Shown: piece after piece, positions 1-11,661 of the stretch
Layout of the letters: the number at the start of each line of letters is the position of its first letter
Numbering within the stretch: the stretch's first letter is position 1
DNA from: Octopus bimaculoides
Lineage: Eukaryota
NCBI RefSeq assembly: GCF_001194135.2
Contig: NC_068986.1
Location: 97,460,986-97,524,985, forward strand
DNA length: 64,000 nt
Direction: 5' to 3'
The notes under the pieces: generated by a model
Seen by the model: only the letters and a program-made list of their open reading frames with translations
Database searches by the model: none
Told to the model about the DNA's origin: nothing
Made by a program: the position numbers and the translations under genes

Positions 1-31
<31 letters not shown>

Positions 32-83
32 GAAAATTAGATTCCGGCGATAGATATGGTATTCATCGATATTTCTTACTTTT

Positions 84-225
84 AAGGCGACGAGCTGGCA
101 GAATCGTTGGCTCATTGGGTAGAATGCTAAGCTGTATTTCGCCTCTTTAAGTATAGACTCTGCTTCCATCTTTTCAGGTTCGATAAAATAAGTACTAGTT
201 GAACGCTAGAATTGATTTAATCGAC
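84..225 (+). mobile_element. SINE family A, degenerate copy
   Basis: aaggcgacgagctggcagaatcgtt head and ttccatcttttcaggttcgataaaataagtactagtt...gatttaatcgac core; the same core recurs at 41766-41950, 50139-50259 and 32480-32690 (-). Confidence 0.7.
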
Positions 226-707
226 GGATCTTTTCTCCAGATCTTGTTGGCGTTGAGCCAAAATTTGAAGCGAATATTATGTGTGTACGTGTACATATTT
301 ATGTGCGAGTTTGTGTATGCATGTATGTGTGCTTGTGTTTCTGTATTATATATAAATCTGTTTCGATATACGTACCTTTCTATATTCGTTATATTTTTTT
401 TAGTGCGTATTTAACTGTTTCTCTCTATGCATGTCTGTCTAAAAGTGTGTTTGCGTATACGTTGCTTTGTGTTTATCCGTCTGTAGATGTATTTATATAA
501 CAGTATATCGGTGGCAGCCGATATCAAACATTTAGTGGCATAAAAAAAATGGAGTGAAGTTCCTGTTGTTATGTTTTCTCTTCTTTGTGCTTCAGTCCCA
601 GGTTTATTCTTGATTGATCATGAACATAGAAAAAGTGTCCTTTTCTTCAAATAATGAGTCTATATTATACTACATACAAGCATGCATACATATATATGTG
701 TTTGTAT

Positions 708-753
<46 letters not shown>

Positions 754-874
754 GATGCATGCGTATGTGTGTAAGTGTATGTGCTCGTGTGTGTGAGTGT
801 ATCCTTAAATTTCGGATGCTATGGGTGCGTAAAAAGAAATGTACCTCCCTCAGTATTTCGTGATCATCACTCAC

Positions 875-934
875 CCCATTTTTTCCCGTGACTTTCTTGC
901 ACATATGTGTTTTGATATTGCTTAACCACATCAT
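875..934 (-). CDS. Candidate 60-bp phase-1/phase-1 exon (D)DVVKQYQNTYVQESHGKKW
   Basis: cacag| acceptor and GGG|gtgagt consensus donor; open in the phase-1 frame, but also open in phase 0. No family recognised. Confidence 0.3.
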
Positions 935-959
935 CTGTGAGCTTTTTAACTCCCCTTTA

Positions 960-1896
960 CAGTGTTTCCTTCCAGAATAACCATATTATCAAGTGAGGGT
1001 GTCATGGTCAATGTTTACACGACCAATCTACTTCAGTTTTCGCGTTTTTACTAATGTCAGAAATGTTGTGTTGTCCGTACCTTTCTCAACAACTTGTTTC
1101 ATTAGATTTTTGTTAGTTCGATGAAGACAAGACACCTCACTATATATAATATTTTATCTCAAACACCATGAAGTTTTTCTTTTAAAATCCAACACTACCT
1201 TCTTCACAGCAATAAACTTCAGACGAAATTACAACTTTTATTTATAAGGAATTTTCCCTGCTTTTGAATTTTTGTCTTGTTTTGTTTAATTTTCAATACA
1301 AGTTTAATATCGAGAACACCACTGTAGTAGCTGGAGCTCGATAGTTTAGTATTTTAATACTTTCTTTGATCTCACCTTTTGTATTATTTTTCTGCCAGAG
1401 TATGTTTCCCTGCTATTTAAATTAAGTTGACTATTTGTCTATGATATTTATATCAACATTTGTGTACTTATATTTCGTACATGTTCGACTGTAGTATTAT
1501 CTAGTCATGTTAAGCCTCTAAGTTCTCTTCATTTTGTCCTATTCAATCAATAATCCCAAGAAATCGTAGATTACCATCTTCTCTACAGGCGACATGAATT
1601 CTTTCTTGAAAAATATTCAGAGCTTCCTTCATTATGCATTCTAGAATCCAACGAAAAGTCTTGAGAAAAGGGCACACATTTGTTTGAAAGACAGTTATTT
1701 TCTGAATTTGCAAAATATTATACATATAAGAAATTACTCTATGGCATTTGTGATTGATACTGTAATATTTTCATACCGTAATATTTTCTCATTTGTTAAG
1801 TCAGAGGAATGTTAAAAGTCTGACTTATGTTCCAAGAGTTATTCTTCTAGAATATTAGAGTTAAAAATCTGCCTCAATAGCGTTTCAGACACTAAA
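960..1896 (-). mobile_element. RTE-clade LINE, decayed RT core and C-terminal part (3' half of a split element)
   Basis: ORF 1543-1725 (-) reads CPFLKTFRWILECIMKEALNIFQERIHVACREDGNLRFLGIID, matching the RTE pattern GCxLSPxLFNIFLExIM..AL...IGGR.I.NLRFADDID with the catalytic ADD decayed. Outer boundary approximate. Confidence 0.65.
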
Positions 1897-1953
1897 ATTT
1901 TTATTTACATTATTTACATTTGACGGATATTTGTCCTCATCTTGTTTGTTGTT

Positions 1954-1999
1954 AACACAACGTTTCGGCTTATATACCCTCCAGCCTTCATCAGGTGTC
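1954..1999 (-). ncRNA. Minimal type-I hammerhead ribozyme motif (PLE type)
   Basis: Minus strand gacac-CTGATGA-a-ggct(ggagggtatata)agcc-GAAA-cg-TT-gtgtt: stem I gacac/gtgtt, stem II ggct/agcc, palindromic ACGT mini-stem III. Confidence 0.8.
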
Positions 2000-2048
2000 T
2001 TGGGGAAATTTCGAACCTGGGTTCTCATTTCTAAGGTATTTTTCGATG

Positions 2049-2050
<2 letters not shown>

Positions 2051-2113
<63 letters not shown>
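2051..2113. repeat. (TTA)n microsatellite inside the inverted pLTR
   Basis: About 21 TTA units; the + strand pLTR carries the matching (AAT)n/(AAC)n at 2858-2910. Confidence 0.95.
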
Positions 2114-2190
2114 TAGGTCACTACTTGGAATCGAACTCGGAATCATGGGGTTAGTAGCCAGCACTCTTAACCACTACGCCATATGCCTGT
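2114..2190 (-). promoter_or_regulatory. tRNA-like region with Pol III box A and box B
   Basis: Minus strand TGGCGTAGTGG (box A, 2171-2181) and GTTCGATTCC (box B, 2127-2136) at tRNA-like spacing, with a ctactaa anticodon-like loop between them. Confidence 0.75.
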
Positions 2191-2346
2191 GGGCAATTAT
2201 GGAGTGATGTCACATGGGCCGCATATCTTTTGTATCTTTTCGGAGAGGCCTTTTACATAGAATAGACAGACTGTGGACAGTTATTTAGTTTCATCCTTTC
2301 TTTTCTTCATAATTGGAATAGATAGTATGTTTTGGGGGTAGTTGTT

Positions 2347-2767
2347 TCAGGACAGTATTCAAGAGTGATACAATACTTCGCAAATATCCCCCTCAAATAA
2401 AACAACAAATAGCAGAGATTATGACCAAAACTGCATGTACTCCATGCCAGGCAGCTGTGGTAGGTTATACAAAGGCGAAACATGCCTCCTCTTCAAAATC
2501 AGGGTAGAGGAGCATCGCAAAGCTGTGACACGAGGAGATAATGATAAATCGGGTATAGCGGATCATGTATGGATAAATGGAGACCACCTCCCCCTGTGGG
2601 ATGAAGTTAGAATAATAGACAGAGAACACTACTGGAAAATACAAAAAACTAAAATAAGCAGCACATATGCTAGGACACAATAACCTCCTAAGCAGACCGA
2701 GTGCAGATATGAATAGCATATGGGACCGGTATTAAGGAAGGACAGGAAAATATTAGATTTATAAGCC
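2347..2767 (+). pseudogene. Penelope GIY-YIG endonuclease C-terminal remnant
   Basis: ORF 2435-2683 MYSMPGSCGRLYKGET...RVEEHRKAV...KSGIADHVW...HLPLWDEVRIIDRE matches the PLE pattern VYxIPCxCG..YIGET.R.L..R..EH...S.IA.H; frameshifted. Confidence 0.9.
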
Positions 2768-2958
2768 NNNNNNNNNNNNNNNNNNNNNNNNNNNNNNNNN
2801 NNNNNNNNNNNNNNNNNNNNNNNNNNNNNNNNNNNNNNNNNNNNNNNNNNNNNNNNCTAAATAATAATAATAATAATAATAATAAAAATAATAATAACAA
2901 CAACAACAACATCGAAAAATACCTTAGGAATGAGAACCCAGGTTCGAAACTTCCCCAA

Positions 2959-3004
2959 GACACCTGATGAAGGCTGGAGGATATATTAGCCGAAACCTTG
3001 TGTT
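2959..3004 (+). ncRNA. Minimal hammerhead ribozyme motif, second copy
   Basis: gacac-CTGATGA-aggct...tagcc-GAAA-cc-TT-gtgtt; the ACGT palindrome is mutated to ACCT. Confidence 0.7.
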
Positions 3005-3096
3005 AACAACAAACAAGATGAGGACAAATATCCGTCAAATGTAAATAATGTACATAATTCCTCATCTCTTAAATATAGAACTGTAAGATTTTTATT

Positions 3097-3900
3097 GCTG
3101 GCTTCATTAAGGAAAATAAATACCATTAATTTGCTTGAATAGAAAATTAATCTAATTGTGCAATGGTTTTCACACTCCATCATGTTTCTTTTCTTTGAAG
3201 ACTATGATATAAGAATTTACTCTGTCCGTTTACTCAGGCATTCTCCAGTATGTAAAACATTTTTGCACATTTGACATTGGATCTCATTGACATAATCAGT
3301 TCTGAATATTTGTTATGCTGTTCCATTGTGATTTATTACATTTTAGTTTCGACATTCTTCTGAAACTATTCCTGTCTCATGCTGTATGTTAAAGAGAATT
3401 TCCTTTCTTGATTATTCTACCTTGTTAATACCATAATCCACTGTGTTGTAAATTTCCTCGTAGTTGTCTTATCATTTAACAGTTACTTCATTTGTTCTGG
3501 CTGGCACGTTTCCGTATTTATCTTCTATAACTGGAACTATAACTGTCCATACTTTTGCCCTTTGTGATGGCTTTCTTGAGTTATTTTCTCTGTTACTTCT
3601 TACCATTTTTTCATGTGATTCATGAATCCAACTATCTTTTTGTCTGCTTTAATTTCATTTCTTATGTTGGCCAATTAATATTTCCTTCCACTTGTTTCGT
3701 TCTCATATTATTTCTGGTTTAAGTCTGTTCTTTTATCACCACTGATGTCAACATCTTTATTTGATACTTAACTTACTTTTTTTCTCAATTACTGTCGGAT
3801 GCTGTTTCAATTATTTTCCCAATTGCTCCTATCGTTTCTTGAGTAAATGCATAAATTAATAATAAATATACTAATTTCTTCTAATTTGCGCCTTAAATTC
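3097..3900 (-). mobile_element. RTE-clade LINE, pre-RT and N-terminal RT region (5' half of the split element)
   Basis: MMECENHCTIRLIFYSSKLM (2986-3183 ORF) resembles RTE ECxNYRTISLISHASKIL; about 3460-3550 (-) reads VIEDKYGNV...YEEIYN, resembling IKDKNG...W.EYFEELYN. Confidence 0.65.
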
Positions 3901-4798
3901 TACCGTTCTATTCAACGTTTTCATTTTCAAGATCATATTTTATTCTTAGATTTTTAGTTTCCGCAGATTCTGGTAAATTTCGTTGCCATTATTAAAAGCA
4001 TGAGATTACTGCTTTTACAGGGGAAGAATGTGTGTTTTAGGCATATTTTTGAGATGAAAGTAACATTGATCCTGTTATTATATAAGCTTCCAGGCGAAAG
4101 GCATGATAATATTCTGCACGATTTGAGATTTGTGCTGATCTATTATCCATGCTATAATTAGTGTTGCTTCGAAAATTCTGATAACCTTACTCGCCCGTTG
4201 TTTATTTGTCCCCAGCTATAATTACAAACTGTTCCTTTCAAGTATTATGGTCATCTAAATCAATCCATATATTCCAGTCTCGTTTGAATGTGTTTATTTT
4301 TTTTCCGTCAATAGTTTTCCTTCTGATCTTGATAGTATTTTTCCAGCTCCCCATTGTAATCGTTAGTTAGAAACATAAACGTAGCCGATTAAGATATATT
4401 GCGTATCAGTTAGACTTATACATATTCTGCTGGAAATAGGTACGAAATGTGTAACTGGTTTAAACATGTTCATATGTATCGTTAAATCTGCATTCTTTTC
4501 ATTTCTCATCGGTTAACCATTTTTATGCCCGTTATCAGGCTTACATTCTCCACGTGGTATCCAGCGTGTTCTATTTATTATATATCAATAATATCTCTAC
4601 ATCACATGACTGATAATATCATCATGCATTTAAATATTGTGCTATAAAGGAAATTTTAGTTTGGTTCTCAAACGGAACCTCTACAAACTGGTTCTGTTTA
4701 TTATAAATGCAGATAAACCTGGCCATTTGCTCCACTGTGTGAGGGTCATACTCCAGATTTAATTGTAAATTCGGTTAGATTTTACATAAAATCCTCAC

Positions 4799-4879
4799 CC
4801 ATGAAACTTGTTAGGCTTGGCACTTCTAAAATCTCATCAACCGCCAATGGAATATGATGCCTTACATACATTGCACCGG
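4799..4879 (-). CDS. Candidate 81-bp phase-1/phase-1 exon xGAMYVRHHIPLAVDEILEVPSLTSFMx
   Basis: tatttttag| acceptor and TGG|gtgagg donor; only one of three frames is open; non-repetitive, protein-like composition. Confidence 0.4.
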
Positions 4880-4949
4880 CTAAAAATAGACGCTGATCCG
4901 AATCACACAAACACACGCGTGCGCAAACACTCAAACACACAGAGTTATA

Positions 4950-4998
<49 letters not shown>

Positions 4999-5142
4999 NN
5001 NNNNNNNNNNNNNNNNNNNNNNNNNNNNNNNNNNNNNNNNNNNNNNNNNNNNNNNNNNNNNNNNNNNNNNNNNNNNNNNNNNNNNNNNNNNNNNNNNNNN
5101 NNNNNNNNNNNNNNNNNNNNNNNNNNNNNNNNNNNNNNNNNN

Positions 5143-5184
<42 letters not shown>

Positions 5185-5797
5185 GATTCATACATGCTTA
5201 TATATATAGATATATATTCAGATGAATATGGTACTTAATTTGAGGCACCAGAATTTAGTACGTATTATCCATACAATTTCAAAGTAAGGGGATTAAAATC
5301 AAAATAAGCAACAAGGATATCCAGAGGTAATGCTGTACGATCGTTTCATGCAACTCCATTTAATTGAACAATGCAATCATTACATCAATTTAAAATGCAG
5401 AGCAATCCTCAGCTGCACAAAGACATAGAATATAATTAAATTAGAACAGATGGACACATTAGTATAATTATACCTAAAATCTCCAAGAAGGTAAGGAGAT
5501 AGACAAAGATCATGCTGCGTTCTCTCCAGCATAGAGGATGAAGCAGTCATCGAGATATCTTTTCCAGCTGTTTTGAATCTAGGTTGAAAAGGTGTTTCTA
5601 TATTTCTCGACTGTTTTCTCGTATAGTTAAATTTGGAGAAAAATCTTCACAAAATTTTGTTGCAGTTTTAATAAAAAGTAAATATATATGCAATGTTTAT
5701 GGATTTGATTTGCAAGATTCCTGATGTGAAACCGTGTCTTGAAACTGATATTGTTGTATTTCGGGATGTTGTATTTCATACTTTACTCGATTATTTC

Positions 5798-6017
5798 TGT
5801 TCTTATTTTAGTTCATGTCCACTGTCCGGATATCTTTCGTCACACATCAGTGACTTCTTCAGCGAAATTTTCCGTCCTAGTGTGTGCTCCTTAGTCCATT
5901 CTAACTAATGGACTAAGCGGAGTAGGAGTACATACGAGGACAGAATGTGTCGCTGAAGAGGTCACAGATGCGTGACGAACGATATCCGTACAGTGGACAT
6001 TAACTAAAATAAGAACA
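5798..6017. mobile_element. Fold-back of two inverted PLE-type pLTR ends, each with an HHR-like core
   Basis: About 100-bp imperfect arms around a perfect cttagtccatt/ctaact/aatggactaag hairpin (5890-5917). Core is CTGAAGA-x-gtcac(6 nt)gtgac-GAAA/GAAC-gatatc on the - strand (about 5822-5867) and + strand (about 5948-5992). Confidence 0.75.
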
Positions 6018-6126
6018 GTAATAAACAAGTAAAGAATGATTATATAGTGCGTGTTGTTATTTGGCAAAACAAAAGAAAAACATGAACATACCGAAATACA
6101 ATATATATGTATGCATATCTGTGTGA

Positions 6127-6162
<36 letters not shown>

Positions 6163-7959
6163 NNNNNNNNNNNNNNNNNNNNNNNNNNNNNNNNNNNNNN
6201 NNNNNNNNNNNNNNNNNNNNNNNNNNNNNNNNNNNNNNNNNNNNNNNNNNNNNNNNNNNNNNNNNNNNNNNNNNNNNNNNNNNNNNNNNNNNNNNNNNNN
6301 NNNNNNNNNNNNNNNNNNNNNNNNNNNNNNNNNNNNNNNNNNNNNNNNNNNNNNNNNNNNNNNNNNNNNNNNNNNNNNNNNNNNNNNNNNNNNNNNNNNN
6401 NNNNNNNNNNNNNNNNNNNNNNNNNNNNNNNNNNNNNNNNNNNNNNNNNNNNNNNNNNNNNNNNNNNNNNNNNNNNNNNNNNNNNNNNNNNNNNNNNNNN
6501 NNNNNNNNNNNNNNNNNNNNNNNNNNNNNNNNNNNNNNNNNNNNNNNNNNNNNNNNNNNNNNNNNNNNNNNNNNNNNNNNNNNNNNNNNNNNNNNNNNNN
6601 NNNNNNNNNNNNNNNNNNNNNNNNNNNNNNNNNNNNNNNNNNNNNNNNNNNNNNNNNNNNNNNNNNNNNNNNNNNNNNNNNNNNNNNNNNNNNNNNNNNN
6701 NNNNNNNNNNNNNNNNNNNNNNNNNNNNNNNNNNNNNNNNNNNNNNNNNNNNNNNNNNNNNNNNNNNNNNNNNNNNNNNNNNNNNNNNNNNNNNNNNNNN
6801 NNNNNNNNNNNNNNNNNNNNNNNNNNNNNNNNNNNNNNNNNNNNNNNNNNNNNNNNNNNNNNTATATATTCATTCATCTATATTTCTATCGTAATATTTT
6901 ATGAATTTCCATCAATAAATATGAAGGTATTGTGATGATTGACCATTGCTCTTATTATTTGGCATGAAAACAATGAATGCAGAGAAAATACGATGGGAAA
7001 CATAACAAACTGCTTGGAGAATGTTATTTGTTTTACGCTCGTCATCTGATGAAAGAAATGAAATATAAACAATGGAATAATTACGTGATAATATAAAAAA
7101 AGTTAAATAAACAAATAGGCTATAAAAGTAACATAATAAAATGCTGAAAAGAACAATGAAATATATAATGAAATGAAATGATATCAAGTATTTTATTATC
7201 ACTCGATTTCTTTTCAGAGGAAGATATATGTATCTATCTTGCTTGACAGTATAATTGATTTAGAATATATTGGTTTGTTACAATCTATAAAATATTGTCT
7301 GTCACTTCATAGCATGCTTTCTGACAAACATATAACCATGCCATTGGGGGAAAATCTAATAGCTAATTAACTAGATATCTTTAATGGTCGCCAGCAACCA
7401 ACTCACCAACCAACGTACGAACGCCCCAACTGTCCCACCGACTAACCAACCGACCGATCAACTAACCAACCAACCAACCAACCAACCAACCAACCAACCA
7501 ACCAAGCAAGCTTCAATCACCGGATCAGCCTGCTAACATAACAGTCAAACAGTACTTCATTAACGTCTACATTAAAAGGTTTCACTGGATGCTGGAAGAC
7601 GGGTAATGGGTGTACAATACTGAAGCACCCAATCGGTCCTCCCCCATCCAGAGGATTCCACATAACGCCAAGTATATATGAAAACTCGTCTATACCTATC
7701 TTGTCCCAAGAGAGAGATTGCATTTTTCAATATCTGGAATTATTATTTTTATTGAAAACTCTTACTAAAGCAAACATATTGGTCTACTTTTTATCGCACC
7801 AATTCTTTTCGAAAGAGAAATTTTCTGTAATATTATGTAGTAATTTATGCAAACTCTACCCCTGTTGTTGCTCATGTTCTTGATGTTGTTATTTGTATTG
7901 TTGTTTACCACTATTTTTGGCTCTAATCCTATTTTATTGCAAGACAACAGAAACTAAAA

Positions 7960-9240
7960 GGCAATCAAGTACAGTAGCTAGGCTGGGGCACCGCCAGTAT
8001 GATCACATTTTCAATGATCATTCTTTTGTGGTTGGATTTTGGTGAAGGAAGGAGTTCTATATCTCTGCCATTTTTTGGAGTTTCTTACCATGATGTAGGT
8101 TTAACTGGGACCTTGGACATCAGGCGGTAAAATCGTTTCTTGAAATCATCTACTACAAAGTATAAATCTCTCAGATATTTGGGCAAGACATTAAATAGCT
8201 GTTTGGTTTTGAATCACAAACTTTTGCAATGTATGGTATTCACTGTAGACGGTATGGGTGGAACATTTGGAACTGTGAAGTGACGTCCAGTTCGGGAGTT
8301 TGCATAATTCTAAATGTGCCAACCTCTCCAGAATCTTGCAGACGTATGTAACAGCATATCTTTCCCATATTCGCTCTCAGGAAACAAAGTCGTAACTCTT
8401 TCAGTCCCACGCAATAATAACTCAGCTGTCCCATTAATGTAATCTTCCTGGTGTAGCACCACTGAACTACCTCAGGTACCGCTATTAATTTGACACTCTA
8501 GGGTGAACAGAGTTGTGAATTGTAGTCTAGACGGTTGAGGGCAATGTCGTTCATAGAAGCATCATAGTTTTCTGGTTCCTTCTTCTGAAAGTTCTCAGAA
8601 ACCATGTGGTCATCGAGCTACATGTTGCCACAATCTTGGTGATACGTACATGAAACAGGGTGTTGTTGCTCATATCAATTCCAAAATCACGTACTCTGCT
8701 TGATTCTGAGATTTCCGCCCCTTTTTTGCCAAAAGTATCTTTATTGCGGCATGTTAGAGCAAATGGGCTGAAAACGAAGGGCTTTGAATTACCCTGCATT
8801 AAAATGTTGTTTTCTTTATGCCATTTATACATAGCCTCTATCTCTTTTTGCAGAAGATTAGGATTGAAAAGTTTCCTTGACTGCTTGTACTATTTCTGTG
8901 CCATCTGCATAACTAGCAAGTGTGTCTGCCTGTGTAACTGATGGCATGCCCCAAGAAAATTCCCTGATGCACTCCACTTTCGATTACTCTATCGTTACAG
9001 AGTACCCCACTGCCTAGCTTTTGTCTTTTTAAGAAGTCATGTAACCATACTCCTAGTTTTCCGACTATGCCAAATCTCGGTAGTTTGTAACATCATTCAG
9101 TGATGAATCTTTGCAAAATTCACGTGCATGACAATCGCTTTTGAGTGATTCATTAGTTATTTCAATACCCAGTCATCAAAACCTGGGTTGAGTTTAAGCT
9201 CATTTTATCAACGGCTAATATTGCATCAGTTTCCTGTATT
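7960..9240 (-). mobile_element. CR1/L2/Jockey-group LINE, decayed RT and C-terminal region
   Basis: Minus strand SGVHQGIFLG (about 8947-8976, a degenerate SGVPQGxxLGP), YADG (8901-8912, degenerate YADD), VRDFGI, WFLRTF, GQLSY...LKELRL. Confidence 0.8.
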
Positions 9241-9306
9241 TTGATATAATAAAAATGTGCCACTTTTATGTAGAGTTATAAGAATGTGCCATTTTCTGTA
9301 TAGAGC

Positions 9307-9455
9307 TCACCAACTTAGCGGTTCGGCAAAAGTGGTCGATAGAATAAGTACTAGGCTTCCAAAGAATAAGTCCTGGGGTTCATTTGCTCGACTAAAGGCA
9401 GTGCTCCAGCATGGCCGCAGTCAAATGACTGAAACAAGTAAAAGAGTAAAAGAAT
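9307..9455 (+). mobile_element. SINE family B, 3' half
   Basis: cttagcggttcggcaaaa...gatagaataagtactaggctt...aaggcagtgctccagcatggccgcagtcaaatgactgaaacaagtaaaaga tail; related pieces at 15128-15190 and 45770-45890. Confidence 0.8.
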
Positions 9456-9973
9456 ATACAAATATATATGCATATATATGTATATATATATATATATNNN
9501 NNNNNNNNNNNNNNNNNNNNNNNNNNNNNNNNNNNNNNNNNNNNNNNNNNNNNNNNNNNNNNNNNNNNNNNNNNNNNNNNNNNNNNNNNNNNNNNNNNNN
9601 NNNNNNNNNNNNNNNNNNNNNNNNNNNNNNNNNNNNNNNNNNNNNNNNNNNNNNNNNNNNNNNNNNNNNNNNNNNNNNNNNNNNNNNNNNNNNNNNNNNN
9701 NNNNNNNNNNNNNNNNNNNNNNNNNNNNNNNNNNNNNNNNNNNNNNNNNNNNNNNNNNNNNNNNNNNNNNNNNNNNNNNNNNNNNNNNNNNNNNNNNNNN
9801 NNNNNNNNNNNNNNNNNNNNNNNNNNNNNNNNNNNNNNNNNNNNNNNNNNNNNNNNNNNNNNNNNNNNNNNNNNNNNNNNNNNNNNNNNNNNNNNNNNNN
9901 NNNNNNNNNNNNNNNNNNNNNNCTATCGATGTATGTATGTACGTATCTCTATCCCTATCTATCTATCTATCTA

Positions 9974-10061
<88 letters not shown>

Positions 10062-10249
10062 CCTCTCCTCTCAATCTGTATATATATAATATATAATATA
10101 TATGTGTATGTATGTATGTATGTATATGTTTGTATGTGCGTCTCTGCTTGCGCGCATAGGCATTCCTTTACACAGACATTCAAACATGCGTAATGCATAC
10201 TTACAATAGAGTTAAAACTTCAATAATATAACTGTTGTTATCTTTGCAG

Positions 10250-10477
10250 ATCTTCCGGTTGTAGCGAGTTCATGAAGGTGACGTTTAAAACTCACAAAAT
10301 ATTTAAATATATACTTATAATTTGATTAGCCGTGTAAAATGCGTTGATAAAACGGTTTATGTAGAAACACGTTGGCTGGAGGTTACAAAGAAAGAATAAA
10401 AGACTTCAAAGAAAATAAGAGAGAATGTCAAAGATAATTATCGCAGGGGAGTCAGTGTTGTGGAGGAAGGGAACAAT
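10250..10477 (+). other. Candidate exon (UTR or first coding exon)
   Basis: Strong acceptor ctgttgttatctttgcag| and donor AAT|gtaaga; ATG at 10425 gives MSKIIIAGESVLWRKGT with a phase-2 end. Confidence 0.25.
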
Positions 10478-10871
10478 GTAAGATTTCATTTTTTAAAAAT
10501 ATGTTTAAGCTAAAGACATCATTTATATTAATGATGTATGCGATTGAAAGATAACAAGAAAACCAGAAAAGATAAAGGAATGTGAGTTAGGAAAAGACTT
10601 CATTGTATATAATATAGCATTATAAAGATAAGCGCTTTGTTTATAAAATAACAATTACTAGCAGAAGGTTAATGAAACACTTAGAGCAAGAGGACAGAAA
10701 ATAATGAAAAGAATATAAAAACAGTTCCAATAACAGAATAATATATGAATGTGGAAAATCTATGTATATGATAATTTTAAATATTGAATGTAACACTTCA
10801 ATTTCATGATCAAAAAAGTACTAAAAATTATTGTCGCAATTGAAAAACCATTAACCGGATACGGAAGTAAC

Positions 10872-10970
<99 letters not shown>

Positions 10971-11459
10971 CGCTGTTAATCCAAACAAGTGGTAGTAGAA
11001 AAGAAATGACGTTGAATATGCATAGAGAATATATTAGATATTAAAATATATACACCACTGATTTCATATTTGATTTTTCAAAAGTATGTGTTATATGGAA
11101 TGAACTACGTCGCAAATTGTGCTAATAAAGAGGGGATATTTTTAACATGCTCAATTGTTGTGAGAGTGAACCAGCATTAATTGATAACATTATTATTAAT
11201 ATTATATTATGTTACATAACTTTATGAGATTGTTCTATATTGCATTTATTACGTTATATGATATTACGTTTAAAATTAAATATTTTCTTCCACACAATAA
11301 TAAGCGATAACAATCAATAACACTTTTATGTAAACAATTATTTTTTTTATGAAAAACAATTTTCAATTTTTTTTACTCCCTCCATGAAATGAGCGAGAAA
11401 ACACGTTAAAACAAATATCTATATCACTCTTTCTAATTGTTATATAACTTATTCAGTAG

Positions 11460-11587
11460 ACAAAAGCCTTTTGTATATATATATTACTGGTGAGGGCCGG
11501 TACACACGCAGGGGCAGTAACAATATCGACGCAGGCACCACCTCCAGTGGCACCACTAGCAACAGCCCCGGATCTAGCATCATCAGT

Positions 11588-11661
<74 letters not shown>

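Larger units (their letters stand above)
1906..3087 (+). mobile_element. Penelope-like element insertion: inverted pLTR + GIY-YIG fragment + pLTR, flanked by a 9-bp direct repeat
   Basis: About 150 bp at 1906-2050 is the reverse complement of about 2900-3055. ATTTTTATT occurs at 1897-1905 and 3088-3096. An internal GIY-YIG coding remnant is present. Confidence 0.85.

Noticed and set aside
2114-2190. Functional tRNA gene
   Set aside because: Has boxes A and B but no convincing acceptor or anticodon stem pairing, and is embedded in a retroelement terminal repeat.
7040-7075. CTGATGA...GAAA as another hammerhead
   Set aside because: No stem I or stem II pairing; A-rich chance match.
7517-7723. 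ORF MQSLSWDKIG... as a gene
   Set aside because: No splice or homology support; probably a degenerate 3' piece of the adjacent LINE.
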